Notes: a model not told the origin generated them from the letters alone. A stretch of 35,408 nt of DNA from Campylobacterales bacterium (GCA_027009865.1 JALVCR010000099.1:1-35408), one strand, 5' to 3'; shown: positions 9,348-18,356, counted from the first letter of the stretch. Numbers and translations: made by a program.

Positions 9348-9461
9348 ATTGTCCTCCTTTCTTTGTTAAATATACGTTAAATAAATTATAATTAAAACTT
9401 GCTTATTTAGAGCTTAATGAATTAAGATTCAGAGGCTTCTATACTTTTTTGAATCTTAAAA

Positions 9462-9475
9462 TTGATTTACATCAA
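9462..9475 (-). promoter_or_regulatory. FNR/CRP-type box TTGATTTACATCAA (nosZ promoter, proximal)
   Basis: Perfect palindrome about 115 nt upstream of the nosZ ATG. A TATAGA -10-like hexamer lies at 9438-9443 (minus). Confidence 0.6.
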
Positions 9476-9500
9476 GAAAAATTTTAAGCTTTAAAAACTC

Positions 9501-9514
9501 TTGACATAAATCAA
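9501..9514 (-). promoter_or_regulatory. FNR/CRP-type box TTGACATAAATCAA (nosZ promoter, distal)
   Basis: Its centre lies 39 bp from the proximal box. The 14-mer is identical to the napA box at 26970-26983. Confidence 0.55.
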
Positions 9515-9611
9515 TTGCTTTCCTTTAAATAGGCTATTTTACGGCTTTTTACAAAGAAAGTAAATATTTTCTTGAGAGATAATTATTAAAGATAAAAATT
9601 AATTTAATAAT

Positions 9612-10346
9612 TTAAGTTTTAAACCACTTAAGGGAATCTCTAAGCTCTACCACTTTACCTACTACAATTAAAGCTGGAGTTTTTAAACCTTTTGCCAAAT
9701 AGGTTATATTTTCTAAAGTTCCAATTATCGTTTTTTGTTCTTTTGAAGTTCCCCTGCTAATAACGGCAACCGGAAAATCTTTGGGTTTTCCTATCTCAAT
9801 AAGTTTTTTAGAGATATTTTCAAGATTATGAAGCCCCATCAAAAACACTATCGTATCATCGGTTTTGAAATTCTCCCACGGAATCTGGCTTGTCTCTTTA
9901 TTTGGCGCCTCATGACCGGTTACAACTCGAAAACTTGCGCTAATCCCTCTATGAGTTACCGGTATTCCAGCATAAGCTGGAACGCTTATAGCTGAAGTAA
10001 TGCCCGGAATTACCTCAAATTCAATTCCCTTTTTCTTTAAATATATTCCCTCTTCTCCGCCTCTTCCGAAAACAAAAGGATCTCCGCCCTTTAGTCTCAC
10101 CACAATATCATACTTTAAAGCGCTTTGATAGATAACTTCATTTATCTTATCTTGCGGCAGGATATGTTTCCCATCCTCTTTTCCCACATATAAAAATTCG
10201 CATCCGTCTTTACACATCTTTAAAATTTCAGGATTTGCTAAACGATCGTAAATTACTACGTCGGCTTTTTTTATCACTTTTGCCGCTTTTAAAGTTAAAA
10301 GCTCAATATCTCCGGGACCTGCTCCCGTTAGATAAACTTTACCCAT
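9612..10346 (-). CDS. cobA: Uroporphyrinogen-III C-methyltransferase (CobA/NirE; first step towards sirohaem and haem d1)
   Basis: Motifs GAGPGDIELLT, LKGGDPFVFGRGGEE and GITS...AGIP, about 244 aa, last gene of the nir biosynthetic block. Confidence 0.9.
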   Translation of the reverse strand: MGKVYLTGAGPGDIELLTLKAAKVIKKADVVIYDRLANPEILKMCKDGCEFLYVGKEDGKHILPQDKINEVIYQSALKYDIVVRLKGGDPFVFGRGGEEGIYLKKKGIEFEVIPGITSAISVPAYAGIPVTHRGISASFRVVTGHEAPNKETSQIPWENFKTDDTIVFLMGLHNLENISKKLIEIGKPKDFPVAVISRGTSKEQKTIIGTLENITYLAKGLKTPALIVVGKVVELRDSLKWFKT

Positions 10347-10358
10347 ACTCTTTTTCCC

Positions 10359-11420
10359 CTATTTTGTATGAAAAATGAAAATACCTGAAGGTTTTGGAAC
10401 ATTTATACTAAAATCTTCCTTCCAAGTTTTGGTATTTACGCCTATAACTTTGCTTTTTCCATTATTTGAAACATATAACAAAGGCTCTTCCTTGCTCCAT
10501 CTAACATGCAAAACCATACCTTTAAAATCGAATCTTTTTACAATTTTTAAAGATTTTGTATCTATAATTTCAACTATTGGGAATTTTTTACCGCTAAAAG
10601 TAACTGCTAAGTAATCTCTTTTAGGACTTAAAGATGTAAAAACAGGATTTCCTTCCACTTCTATATATTTTATAAAATTAAAATCTTTGTCAAATACAAA
10701 AACTTTATTATCCCCAACTGCCGGAATAAAAAATTTATCTTTCATAATAGACCAAAAACCAAAATGGGGAACTTTCAAAACTATATTTTTATGCTCAAGT
10801 TTTAACGGCGCTTTTTTATACTCAAATGTATCAAGATTTAAAACTCCCACAAAAGGAGAGTTAAAAAAACCGCAGACATAGATATTCTTATTTATCATAG
10901 CATCAAACGGAACCTCTCCGGCATTTTCTATAACTTTAAATTTTTTAAATTTTTTGCCTTCTCTTTTCATAACCCATATCTCATCTTTATCCATAGCGGC
11001 AAAAATCAAATAATCTTTATAAGTTTTTATACCGACATTTCTTGAAGAGGTATCTATAGTTTGCAAAAGATTTAAATCTCTATCAAATATCTCTACCGTT
11101 TTATTGGAATAGTTGGCTACTGCTACAAAATCTTTAGCCAAAGTAAAACCTATCGCGCTTTTGCTTGCTTTAACCTCTTTGATTTTCTTCTCTTTTATAG
11201 GATCGAATTTAATTAAATATCCGTCTCTTGTAATAACATATCCGTCGTTATCTATAAATTTAACCACTGCGTGATTAAAATTATGCATATTTTTGATTTC
11301 ATTTTTCAGTTTATGATTCTCTATCACAGCAAGAGCGCTATTTTCCCTCTCCACCACAAAAACTTTCTCATGTGCAAAAACAAAAATCGCTCCTATTAAC
11401 AAAAGAAAAATTTTTTTCAT
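10359..11420 (-). CDS. nirF: NirF-like haem d1 biosynthesis protein (cd1-type beta-propeller without a haem c domain)
   Basis: Signal peptide and a propeller-like sequence paralogous to the d1 domains of NirS and NirN in this window. No CxxCH motif. Confidence 0.8.
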   Translation of the reverse strand: MKKIFLLLIGAIFVFAHEKVFVVERENSALAVIENHKLKNEIKNMHNFNHAVVKFIDNDGYVITRDGYLIKFDPIKEKKIKEVKASKSAIGFTLAKDFVAVANYSNKTVEIFDRDLNLLQTIDTSSRNVGIKTYKDYLIFAAMDKDEIWVMKREGKKFKKFKVIENAGEVPFDAMINKNIYVCGFFNSPFVGVLNLDTFEYKKAPLKLEHKNIVLKVPHFGFWSIMKDKFFIPAVGDNKVFVFDKDFNFIKYIEVEGNPVFTSLSPKRDYLAVTFSGKKFPIVEIIDTKSLKIVKRFDFKGMVLHVRWSKEEPLLYVSNNGKSKVIGVNTKTWKEDFSINVPKPSGIFIFHTK

Positions 11421-12538
11421 ACTCCATCCTTATTCAAATTTATATAACAGCTTGGATCTTCTTGCCAAAGATCTCCGCTTATAGCCCAAGCTCTGGGTCT
11501 ACTTCCGCCGTTACAGATTTCCAAGAAGGGACAATTCTCACACTTTCCCTTTAAATCTCTTGGAAATTTTCTAAGTTTTCTTAAAAGCTCATTATTTTCA
11601 TCCTGCCAAATCTTATCAAAATCTCTCTCAAAAATATTCCCCACCTTTACAGGAAAAAAGGGATCTGGTTTAACGTCTCCTTCGCTATTTATATTGACAA
11701 GATTCCTCCCTGCGCTGTTTCCTCCCCACTTTTTAAGTTTATCTAAAAGAGCCTCTTTTTTATCTGGATACTCTTTTGAAAATCTCTCTAAAAACAAAAT
11801 TGCATCCATCTCCATATTGCCGGTAACTATATCAATATCTACGCCTTCTTTGTAGTATTTAAAAGCCTTATCTATAATAAACTCTACGCTCTTTCTCCTC
11901 TCCTCTTTATCTATATCCATTTTCAAATTATCAAGCCCTCTTCCAGAATATACAAGATGAGAGATATAAATCTTATCTATCCCCTTCTCTTCGGCCAAAG
12001 AGAAGATATGAGAAAGAGAGTCTTTAGTCTCTTTTGTTATTGTAAATCTAATCCCAACTCTGCCCTCATTTTCATGAATTAAATCTATAGCTTTTAAACT
12101 CATATCATAGCTTCCGGCAAGCCCTCTAAATCTGTCATGTATCTCTCTTTCTCCATCTATGCTGATTCCTATATATCCAAAAGTATCTATAATCTTCTTT
12201 ACATTGCTTTTATGAATATATAAACCGTTTGTAGATAGATAAGTAGAAATTCCCTCATCCCTAAAAGCTTTTGCTATATCAAAAATATCTCTTCTTGTTA
12301 AAGGCTCTCCGCCGGAGAATATGACAAATTTAATTCCTGCTTTTTTTAATTTTGGAATAGTTTCAAAAATTTTTTTAGTTGTTAAAGTGTCATTTGATTC
12401 CAAAGAGGCTTTGGAATAGCAGTGAAGACATGAAAGATTGCAGCGATTTGTAAAATTCCAAATCAAAATAGAGCCATTTAAAGTTCTTGACTTTTTGCCC
12501 TCAACTGTGCTTTTTAATAAATTGGATAATCTAAACAC
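11417..12538 (-). CDS. nirJ: NirJ, radical-SAM haem d1 biosynthesis enzyme
   Basis: Radical-SAM motif CNLSCLHCY and a C-terminal auxiliary Cys cluster (CENCPFLEICNGG). It lies between nirN and nirF. Confidence 0.85.
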   Translation of the reverse strand: MFRLSNLLKSTVEGKKSRTLNGSILIWNFTNRCNLSCLHCYSKASLESNDTLTTKKIFETIPKLKKAGIKFVIFSGGEPLTRRDIFDIAKAFRDEGISTYLSTNGLYIHKSNVKKIIDTFGYIGISIDGEREIHDRFRGLAGSYDMSLKAIDLIHENEGRVGIRFTITKETKDSLSHIFSLAEEKGIDKIYISHLVYSGRGLDNLKMDIDKEERRKSVEFIIDKAFKYYKEGVDIDIVTGNMEMDAILFLERFSKEYPDKKEALLDKLKKWGGNSAGRNLVNINSEGDVKPDPFFPVKVGNIFERDFDKIWQDENNELLRKLRKFPRDLKGKCENCPFLEICNGGSRPRAWAISGDLWQEDPSCYINLNKDGV

Positions 12539-14226
12539 TATTTGCCTTTAAAACTTTCTATATAATCAACAATGGATTTTAGCTCTTTTTCATTTAAATT
12601 AAAAGAGGGCATTGAATTTCTTTTATATCCAAGCTGTTTATATGTATGTTTTGGATCTTCTATCTGGCTTATTATCTCCCCTCTGTCTCTTTTTGAGGCT
12701 ATTTCGCTAAAAGGAGGGCCAAAAGCCATAGCGGTTTGATGATGACAGCCCCAGCATTTTTCTTTAAATATGCTCATTCCAAAAAGTCTTGGATAAAAAA
12801 CTCTGTTTTTGTTTATAAAGTTATATTTTCCGACTGGAACATTTGCTTTGTAATCTTTTATCTCTTTGAAAGTATCCGTCTGCCAAACAAGCAAATCCCC
12901 ATCTTTTTCATAGATACTAAGATAAGTATATTTGCCGTCTCCGCTAAATTCGGCATGAATATATCTTTTTCCTTTTCTTGGAGTTAAATTTTTTATCTTG
13001 AAATCTTCTTTATCTACTAAAACAAGTTTATCATCTCCCCTATCAACCCATAAATAATTTGAAGCCGGATGAGTCTTGACAAAAAAACCGTCTCCCCCGA
13101 CATCTATCTTCTTTATAAGCTTCCAATCATACATCTGCCAAACAGTAATAAAAGAGCTTCTTAGATGCGGAGTAGCAAAATAAAATTTTCCGTCTCTATA
13201 CCAATATGTAGCGCTAAATAGATGAGGCATTCCAGAAATTTCAGCTTTGAAAACCTCTTTTAGAGAGTTTATATCATAAACATTTAAACTTTTTCCTCTT
13301 CTTGTAGTTCCAATAATATACTCTTCAAAAGGATCTATAAAAAAATCTTCTATCGGCTCTTTTAAATCATAGCTTTTAAACTTAAGAGTTTTAGTATCAA
13401 CTTTTACCAATTTCGGTTTATCCCTAAAAGTAAATATCGCTTCATCCCTGCTATAAAGCTCATATAAAGCGCTAATTTTGCCATTGACTTTGACAACTTT
13501 AATAGGATTAAATTTTTCTCTATCAAAAATTACAACCGATTGAGGCAAAAGACAGGTAGCAAAGATATATTTCCCATCTCTGCTTAAACTTATATTCCTT
13601 AAATTAACGCAAGCTCTAATTTTCTCTTTTAGCCTTCCCTCTTTCAAAGAGTAATGCCCTATCCATCCGTCTCTTGTAGGAACATAAAAATTTTTTCCAT
13701 CAAGCGTATATTTTAATCCTCCGTGAACATTTTTAAAAGAAAATTTATCCAAAATTTTCTCATCTTCCATAATCCAAACTTTATTAGCTCCTCTCTCAAC
13801 AACCAAAGTTACGTTATCTATATTTTTAATATGTAAATTTTTCTTGGGACTATTGAAAATTTTCTTGGATTTTTTTATATTTTCTATATTCCACTCTATA
13901 TTTTTGGCCGGAGTTTTTAAATACTTAACAATATAATAAATCTCCTCTTCTTTCAAAAAATCAAATTTTGGCATAAGAGTCTGAGGAAGAGAATTTTTTA
14001 TAATGGAAGAGATTCTTTTGTTAGAGAGTTTTTTAATAAATTGAGGTAAAAGCGGAGGAGCGCTTATTCCTTCCCTTTGCATTCCATGACAAGAAGCGCA
14101 ATATTTATCATATAAAACTTTTCCTTGATTACTTTTAGCTTCAAGCTGATGAATATAAAAACTATCAAATTCAGATGAAAAAGAAAAAGAGAAAACAAAA
14201 ATAGATAAAAGAAGTTTTTTAAACAT
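12538..14226 (-). CDS. nirN: NirN-like cytochrome c / d1-propeller protein carrying an extra C-terminal cytochrome c domain
   Basis: N-terminal CASCH, a central cd1-like propeller and a second haem motif CWGCH about 70 aa from the C-terminus. I placed the start at ATG 14224-14226 (MFKKLL, SD GGAGGGG). The track's TTG at 14241 lies inside that SD. Confidence 0.75.
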   Translation of the reverse strand: MFKKLLLSIFVFSFSFSSEFDSFYIHQLEAKSNQGKVLYDKYCASCHGMQREGISAPPLLPQFIKKLSNKRISSIIKNSLPQTLMPKFDFLKEEEIYYIVKYLKTPAKNIEWNIENIKKSKKIFNSPKKNLHIKNIDNVTLVVERGANKVWIMEDEKILDKFSFKNVHGGLKYTLDGKNFYVPTRDGWIGHYSLKEGRLKEKIRACVNLRNISLSRDGKYIFATCLLPQSVVIFDREKFNPIKVVKVNGKISALYELYSRDEAIFTFRDKPKLVKVDTKTLKFKSYDLKEPIEDFFIDPFEEYIIGTTRRGKSLNVYDINSLKEVFKAEISGMPHLFSATYWYRDGKFYFATPHLRSSFITVWQMYDWKLIKKIDVGGDGFFVKTHPASNYLWVDRGDDKLVLVDKEDFKIKNLTPRKGKRYIHAEFSGDGKYTYLSIYEKDGDLLVWQTDTFKEIKDYKANVPVGKYNFINKNRVFYPRLFGMSIFKEKCWGCHHQTAMAFGPPFSEIASKRDRGEIISQIEDPKHTYKQLGYKRNSMPSFNLNEKELKSIVDYIESFKGK

Positions 14227-14249
14227 TTTACACCCCTCCAAAAATAATT

Positions 14250-14321
14250 AAAGCTGTTTGGAGAACCAAAAATTTTGGCTTTCCAAACAGCTTTTAGTAA
14301 ATATCGGGCAAAAGCCCGATA
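14250..14321 (-). terminator. Tandem hairpins downstream of nirS (terminator/attenuator)
   Basis: The first is TATCGGGC-tttt-GCCCGATA (14321..14302). The second is a 13-bp stem AAAGCTGTTTGGA/TCCAAACAGCTTT (14250-14262/14282-14294) with an inner CCAAAA/TTTTGG stem, followed on the minus strand by AATTATTTTT. Confidence 0.7.
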
Positions 14322-14324
14322 CTA

Positions 14325-15995
14325 TTAATAGATATCGTTCATAGTATTATACACATTGAACTTACCTGTAGGAGTGATAATTCTTGGATCCTCGATAGCT
14401 TTTTTAAGTTTCAAGCTATTTGCGTCATATACCAAGATTGCTGTAGGAGTAAGTTTATTACCCCAAATGCTTGTCCATACCTCGTCGCCTTTTTGGTTAA
14501 ACTCGAAATGAACAGGACCTCTAACTTTAACTTTAGGATCTTTGGATTTTAAGTATTTATCAGGAATCTTAATAGTTTTAACTACTTTCAATTTATTTTT
14601 ATCAATTACATAAATTTGAGTTTGTAGTTTTCTATCTGGATTAACCGGTCTATCAGCAAAGATATATTTACATTTAGGATGAGTTTTAACAAATAGGTTT
14701 CCACCACCCTCGCCTGGCAATTTAATATCAGCAACAACTTTCCAAGCATATTTTTTATGTTTTTTAGGATCTGTTCCTATACATACTATATCATTGCTTC
14801 CAATATGTCCGGTACACCAAATAGGACCATATTTCGGATGATTTACGTTAGCTCCTCTTCCTGGATGCGGTTTTGTTCCTCCGGTTGGAATAATTGCTTC
14901 GACTTTACCTTTCTCAGTATCTACAGCTACAACTTTATTTCTTGCGTTAGCTGCAACCAAGAAATATCTCTTACTTAAATCCCATCCTCCATCATGCAAA
15001 TATCTCTCAGCCATTAACATTTTGATTCCAGGATTTCTTGGATCGGCATAGTTATAAAGCCAAACTTGTCCTGTCTCTTTTACATTTATAACCCACTCTG
15101 GTTTATGGTGATTTGCAACAATTGAAGCAACTCTTGCCTCTCTTGTAAACTCACCCGTATCATAAGTATAGCTTGCAGTAGAAACTAATTGGATAGGCTC
15201 AAGCGTATCTCCTTTTAATGTTACAATAGAAGGAGGCCAATAACATCCTACAACCGCATACTCATCCTCATATCCTTTATATTTGGAAGTATCTATACTT
15301 CTTGCATCGTTACAAGTTCTAATTTCAGCTACAACTTTAGGTTCTTTCATCCAAAGATCTATAACCTCAGCTTTTCCGTCTCTACCGATTGCATACATAT
15401 ATCTTCCTGATTTACTCATTCTTAAAATATGAGTAGCAAATCCGGAAGGAACAACAGATACAACCTCTTTTTTATCGCCATCTATTACTGCTATTTTACC
15501 TACATCTCTTAAAACGACACCAAAATAGTTTTTCCAATTTCTTTTGGTTTCAGGTTTTTTAGGTCTTTTATCAACAGGAACAATTACTTTCCAGCTCTTT
15601 TTCATATCAGCAATCGATTTCTCAGGCGGTGTAACAGGCGGAAGCTGAATAAATTTAGCCATTAATTTAACTTCCTCTTTAGTAAGCTCGCCAGATTTTC
15701 CCCATCCTGGCATTCCACCTGGAGTTCCATTATAGATAATAGATTCCAAAGCTTCAGTTCCTATAGCTTTGGTTCCATGCATAGCGCCTTTTTTATCTTT
15801 ATGAGGCTCAGGTCTAATCCATGGTCCCAAAGCTCCTTTTCTTAGCATTCCGTGACATCCGGCACATCTGTCAAAATAGATTTGACTTGCTTTCTTCATC
15901 TCTTCTGGAGATAGTTTAATATTATCAGCAGCTTGTAATATACCTCCCATTAAACCAACGGCTACTATAGCACTCAATCCAATTTTTAATTTCAT
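14325..15995 (-). CDS. nirS: Cytochrome cd1 nitrite reductase
   Basis: 556 aa with a signal peptide, haem c motif CAGCHG and a long d1 beta-propeller domain. Confidence 0.95.
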   Translation of the reverse strand: MKLKIGLSAIVAVGLMGGILQAADNIKLSPEEMKKASQIYFDRCAGCHGMLRKGALGPWIRPEPHKDKKGAMHGTKAIGTEALESIIYNGTPGGMPGWGKSGELTKEEVKLMAKFIQLPPVTPPEKSIADMKKSWKVIVPVDKRPKKPETKRNWKNYFGVVLRDVGKIAVIDGDKKEVVSVVPSGFATHILRMSKSGRYMYAIGRDGKAEVIDLWMKEPKVVAEIRTCNDARSIDTSKYKGYEDEYAVVGCYWPPSIVTLKGDTLEPIQLVSTASYTYDTGEFTREARVASIVANHHKPEWVINVKETGQVWLYNYADPRNPGIKMLMAERYLHDGGWDLSKRYFLVAANARNKVVAVDTEKGKVEAIIPTGGTKPHPGRGANVNHPKYGPIWCTGHIGSNDIVCIGTDPKKHKKYAWKVVADIKLPGEGGGNLFVKTHPKCKYIFADRPVNPDRKLQTQIYVIDKNKLKVVKTIKIPDKYLKSKDPKVKVRGPVHFEFNQKGDEVWTSIWGNKLTPTAILVYDANSLKLKKAIEDPRIITPTGKFNVYNTMNDIY

Positions 15996-16020
15996 AAATC
16001 CTCCTTTACTTATTGATTCT

Positions 16021-16054
16021 ATGAAAAAGGATATCCCTATTCGTTAGGGATATC
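16021..16054 (-). terminator. Hairpin GATATCCCTA-acgaa-TAGGGATATC plus CTTTTTC between the nor genes and nirS (attenuator or mRNA-processing signal)
   Basis: 10-bp perfect stem (16030-16039/16045-16054) overlapping the stop codon of the 54-aa ORF. A U-run follows on the minus strand. Only about 25 nt remain before the nirS SD. Confidence 0.55.
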
Positions 16055-16201
16055 ACCTCTCTCCATCTTCTTTTTCTCATCAAAATATATCCATACCATC
16101 GGCAAAACAATTAACGTGTGTAGAATTATGGTAAGAGTCATTGGCCCCTCATTTAATAAGGACCAAAAACTACACACAACATCATGACATGGCTCTATCA
16201 T
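16037..16201 (-). CDS. Unannotated 54-aa single-TM protein between norB and nirS
   Basis: Below the track's size cut-off. SD AAGGAG lies 5 nt upstream of ATG (16199-16201). Translation: MIEPCHDVVCSFWSLLNEGPMTLTIILHTLIVLPMVWIYFDEKKKMERGDIPNE. It has an N-terminal CxxxxC, one hydrophobic helix and a charged tail. Confidence 0.55.
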   Translation of the reverse strand: MIEPCHDVVCSFWSLLNEGPMTLTIILHTLIVLPMVWIYFDEKKKMERGDIPNE

Positions 16202-16255
16202 AACAACTCCTTTATATTATTTCTATTAATTATTAAATTAATAATGTTTATTAAT

Positions 16256-17680
16256 TTAAGCTGCAGCAACAGCTCCTTCTCTAACTTCTGCCGGTTGTTT
16301 TTTATCTATTGTTAGAAGGTCATATACCAAAAATCCATATCCCACAACTACAGCAAGTCCTGAGAATAGTCTCCAGCCCATACCTTGAACAAACCATTGA
16401 TTTGCTTGAGCTATAAAATATCCTTCCCAAGTTCCACCATATTGACCTCTCTCTACCATTGTTTGAACATATGCAGAAATAGTCAAAGATACGCTCATTA
16501 TTAAAACACCAACAGTAATCAAAGTTATCGCCCACCAGCTGGCTTTCGTCATTCTCATCTCTTTAAGACCAGCTTTTCCTTGAATTGCTAAATAGATAGC
16601 TCCTATTAAAATTGCTACATAAGCTCCAAAGAATGCCAAATGTCCATGAGCTGCCGGCCATTGGGTTCCGTGAGTATATAGATTTATTTGAGGCAATGTA
16701 TGCATAAATCCCCATACACCTGCACCTAAAAAGTTTCCAAAAGTCTCAACTGTAAGCCAAGCAAATGCTGGAGTATTTTTAATATTATTACCTTTTCCTC
16801 TCTCTTTTCCCCAGTCATATAATACATGCACAAACAAACCTACAAGAGGAACAGGCTCCAAAGCTGAGAAAAGCGCACCTATCTCCCACCAGTACTCAGG
16901 TGTTCCTATCCAGAAATAGTGGTGACCAAGTCCCAAAATACCGGAACCAAACATCATAGCCACCTCTATCCATAGCCACATTTCCACAACTTTTCTATTA
17001 GCATTTAATGTTTTAATTAGGATATAACCTCCAACGGCGGCTACATAAACCTCCCAAGTAGCCTCAACCCATAGGTGAACAACCCACCACCACCAATATT
17101 GATCAACTGCAATATTGTCGGTATAAAACATACCTGCAAGATACAAACCGGCAAGCGCAATTAAGTCTGCCATCAAAACAACTAAAATTCCGGTATGTTT
17201 TCCTTTCATAACAGTAGCGTAAACATTATATAAAAATACTAATACAACCGCTACTATACCAATATCAGCCCATCTTGGAGCTTCTATATACTCTCTACCT
17301 TCAGTAATAAACCAGATAGTAGATTCTTTACCCGGTCCTATTTGAATGAAAAGATATACCAAAACAACTACAGCTACGGCAGCCGTCAAAATATAAAAAG
17401 CCAAATTACCAAGTTTAACTCCAACAACCTCTATTCCGGCTTCATCTGGAAGCAGCCAATATACAGCCCCTATCATCGCATATAAAAGCCATACAACAAG
17501 AGCGTTTATATGTAAAATTCTTGCTATTGAAAAATCTAATATATTAAACAAAAAGTTTGGATATAAAAATTGAATAGCGGCTACAAGCCCAAACAATAAT
17601 TGAGCACCGAAAAGAACTATAGCAACCATAAAATATTTTAAAGCTAATTTCTGCCCTTCATAAAGTCTATTTCCTTGCAT
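16256..17680 (-). CDS. norB: Nitric-oxide reductase large subunit (cNOR NorB)
   Basis: 474 aa, 12-TM haem-copper-oxidase-like protein with conserved His-containing helices (HINALV, HLWVEA, GHHYFW, HGHLAFFG). There is a 14-nt overlap with norC. Confidence 0.95.
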   Translation of the reverse strand: MQGNRLYEGQKLALKYFMVAIVLFGAQLLFGLVAAIQFLYPNFLFNILDFSIARILHINALVVWLLYAMIGAVYWLLPDEAGIEVVGVKLGNLAFYILTAAVAVVVLVYLFIQIGPGKESTIWFITEGREYIEAPRWADIGIVAVVLVFLYNVYATVMKGKHTGILVVLMADLIALAGLYLAGMFYTDNIAVDQYWWWWVVHLWVEATWEVYVAAVGGYILIKTLNANRKVVEMWLWIEVAMMFGSGILGLGHHYFWIGTPEYWWEIGALFSALEPVPLVGLFVHVLYDWGKERGKGNNIKNTPAFAWLTVETFGNFLGAGVWGFMHTLPQINLYTHGTQWPAAHGHLAFFGAYVAILIGAIYLAIQGKAGLKEMRMTKASWWAITLITVGVLIMSVSLTISAYVQTMVERGQYGGTWEGYFIAQANQWFVQGMGWRLFSGLAVVVGYGFLVYDLLTIDKKQPAEVREGAVAAA

Positions 17681-18344
17681 CTACCGCTCCTTTTATCTTA
17701 CCGAAGTTTCTTGGAAAACCGTTTGTATCAATTGCTGACATAAATTTTAAATATGCAACAACCGCTTTGGCTTCCTCTTTAGTAATCCCCAAATTTGGCA
17801 TTTTCCTCTCATGCATAGCCATTGCAGGCGGATTTTCTAAAAACTTGGCTATTGCATACTCTTTACCTCCATACGCGGAAGCTAACGTCTCCCATGTAGG
17901 ATCCAACCAAGCTTTAGTTAAATCAGGCGCATAATAAGCCCCGTTCCCCAAAAGCGTATGACAATCCATACAGTTTTTAGCTTGGATGGTCAACTTTCCT
18001 TTGTGAATTAAAGCTTTCGCCTCTTTTTCACTCCAGTTATCTTTTCCAAAAAATTTCTCTTTTTCTTCATATTTACTATATCCGTTTGCGTCCATTCCTC
18101 CAATAATTGGAATTTCATGTCCTCTTGTTTTATTTAGCTTATAATCTATTTTATAATTTATTACTAATGGAGAAGGAATTCTCTTATCCACTTTATTCTT
18201 TATATCAGCCGCGGTTCCCATTTTCATTTGACCCATAGAATCAAATGTCAAAAAAACTAAAAGCACCGAAGCAACACCCGTAACCCACGTTGCAGACCTA
18301 CGCCAGAATCGATTGCTGGACCAAACAGATGGTCTGTTTTCCAT
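17667..18344 (-). CDS. norC: Nitric-oxide reductase cytochrome c subunit (NorC), extended form
   Basis: N-terminal TM anchor, a single CMDCH motif and a downstream Met ligand region. It sits immediately upstream of and overlaps norB. Confidence 0.9.
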   Translation of the reverse strand: MENRPSVWSSNRFWRRSATWVTGVASVLLVFLTFDSMGQMKMGTAADIKNKVDKRIPSPLVINYKIDYKLNKTRGHEIPIIGGMDANGYSKYEEKEKFFGKDNWSEKEAKALIHKGKLTIQAKNCMDCHTLLGNGAYYAPDLTKAWLDPTWETLASAYGGKEYAIAKFLENPPAMAMHERKMPNLGITKEEAKAVVAYLKFMSAIDTNGFPRNFGKIKGAVDARK

Positions 18345-18356
18345 TGTACCTCCTTT

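Noticed and set aside
16011-16024. TTGATTCTATGAAA just upstream of nirS, as a seventh FNR box
   Set aside because: Only the left half-site matches. The right half (TGAAA) is poor, and the site would overlap the nirS SD/leader at an impossible distance for activation.
16320-16535. 71-aa same-strand ORF in an alternative frame inside norB (and likewise 22879..23130 inside napH)
   Set aside because: It is embedded in well-supported genes in another frame, with no SD and an implausible Cys/Trp/Arg-rich sequence.
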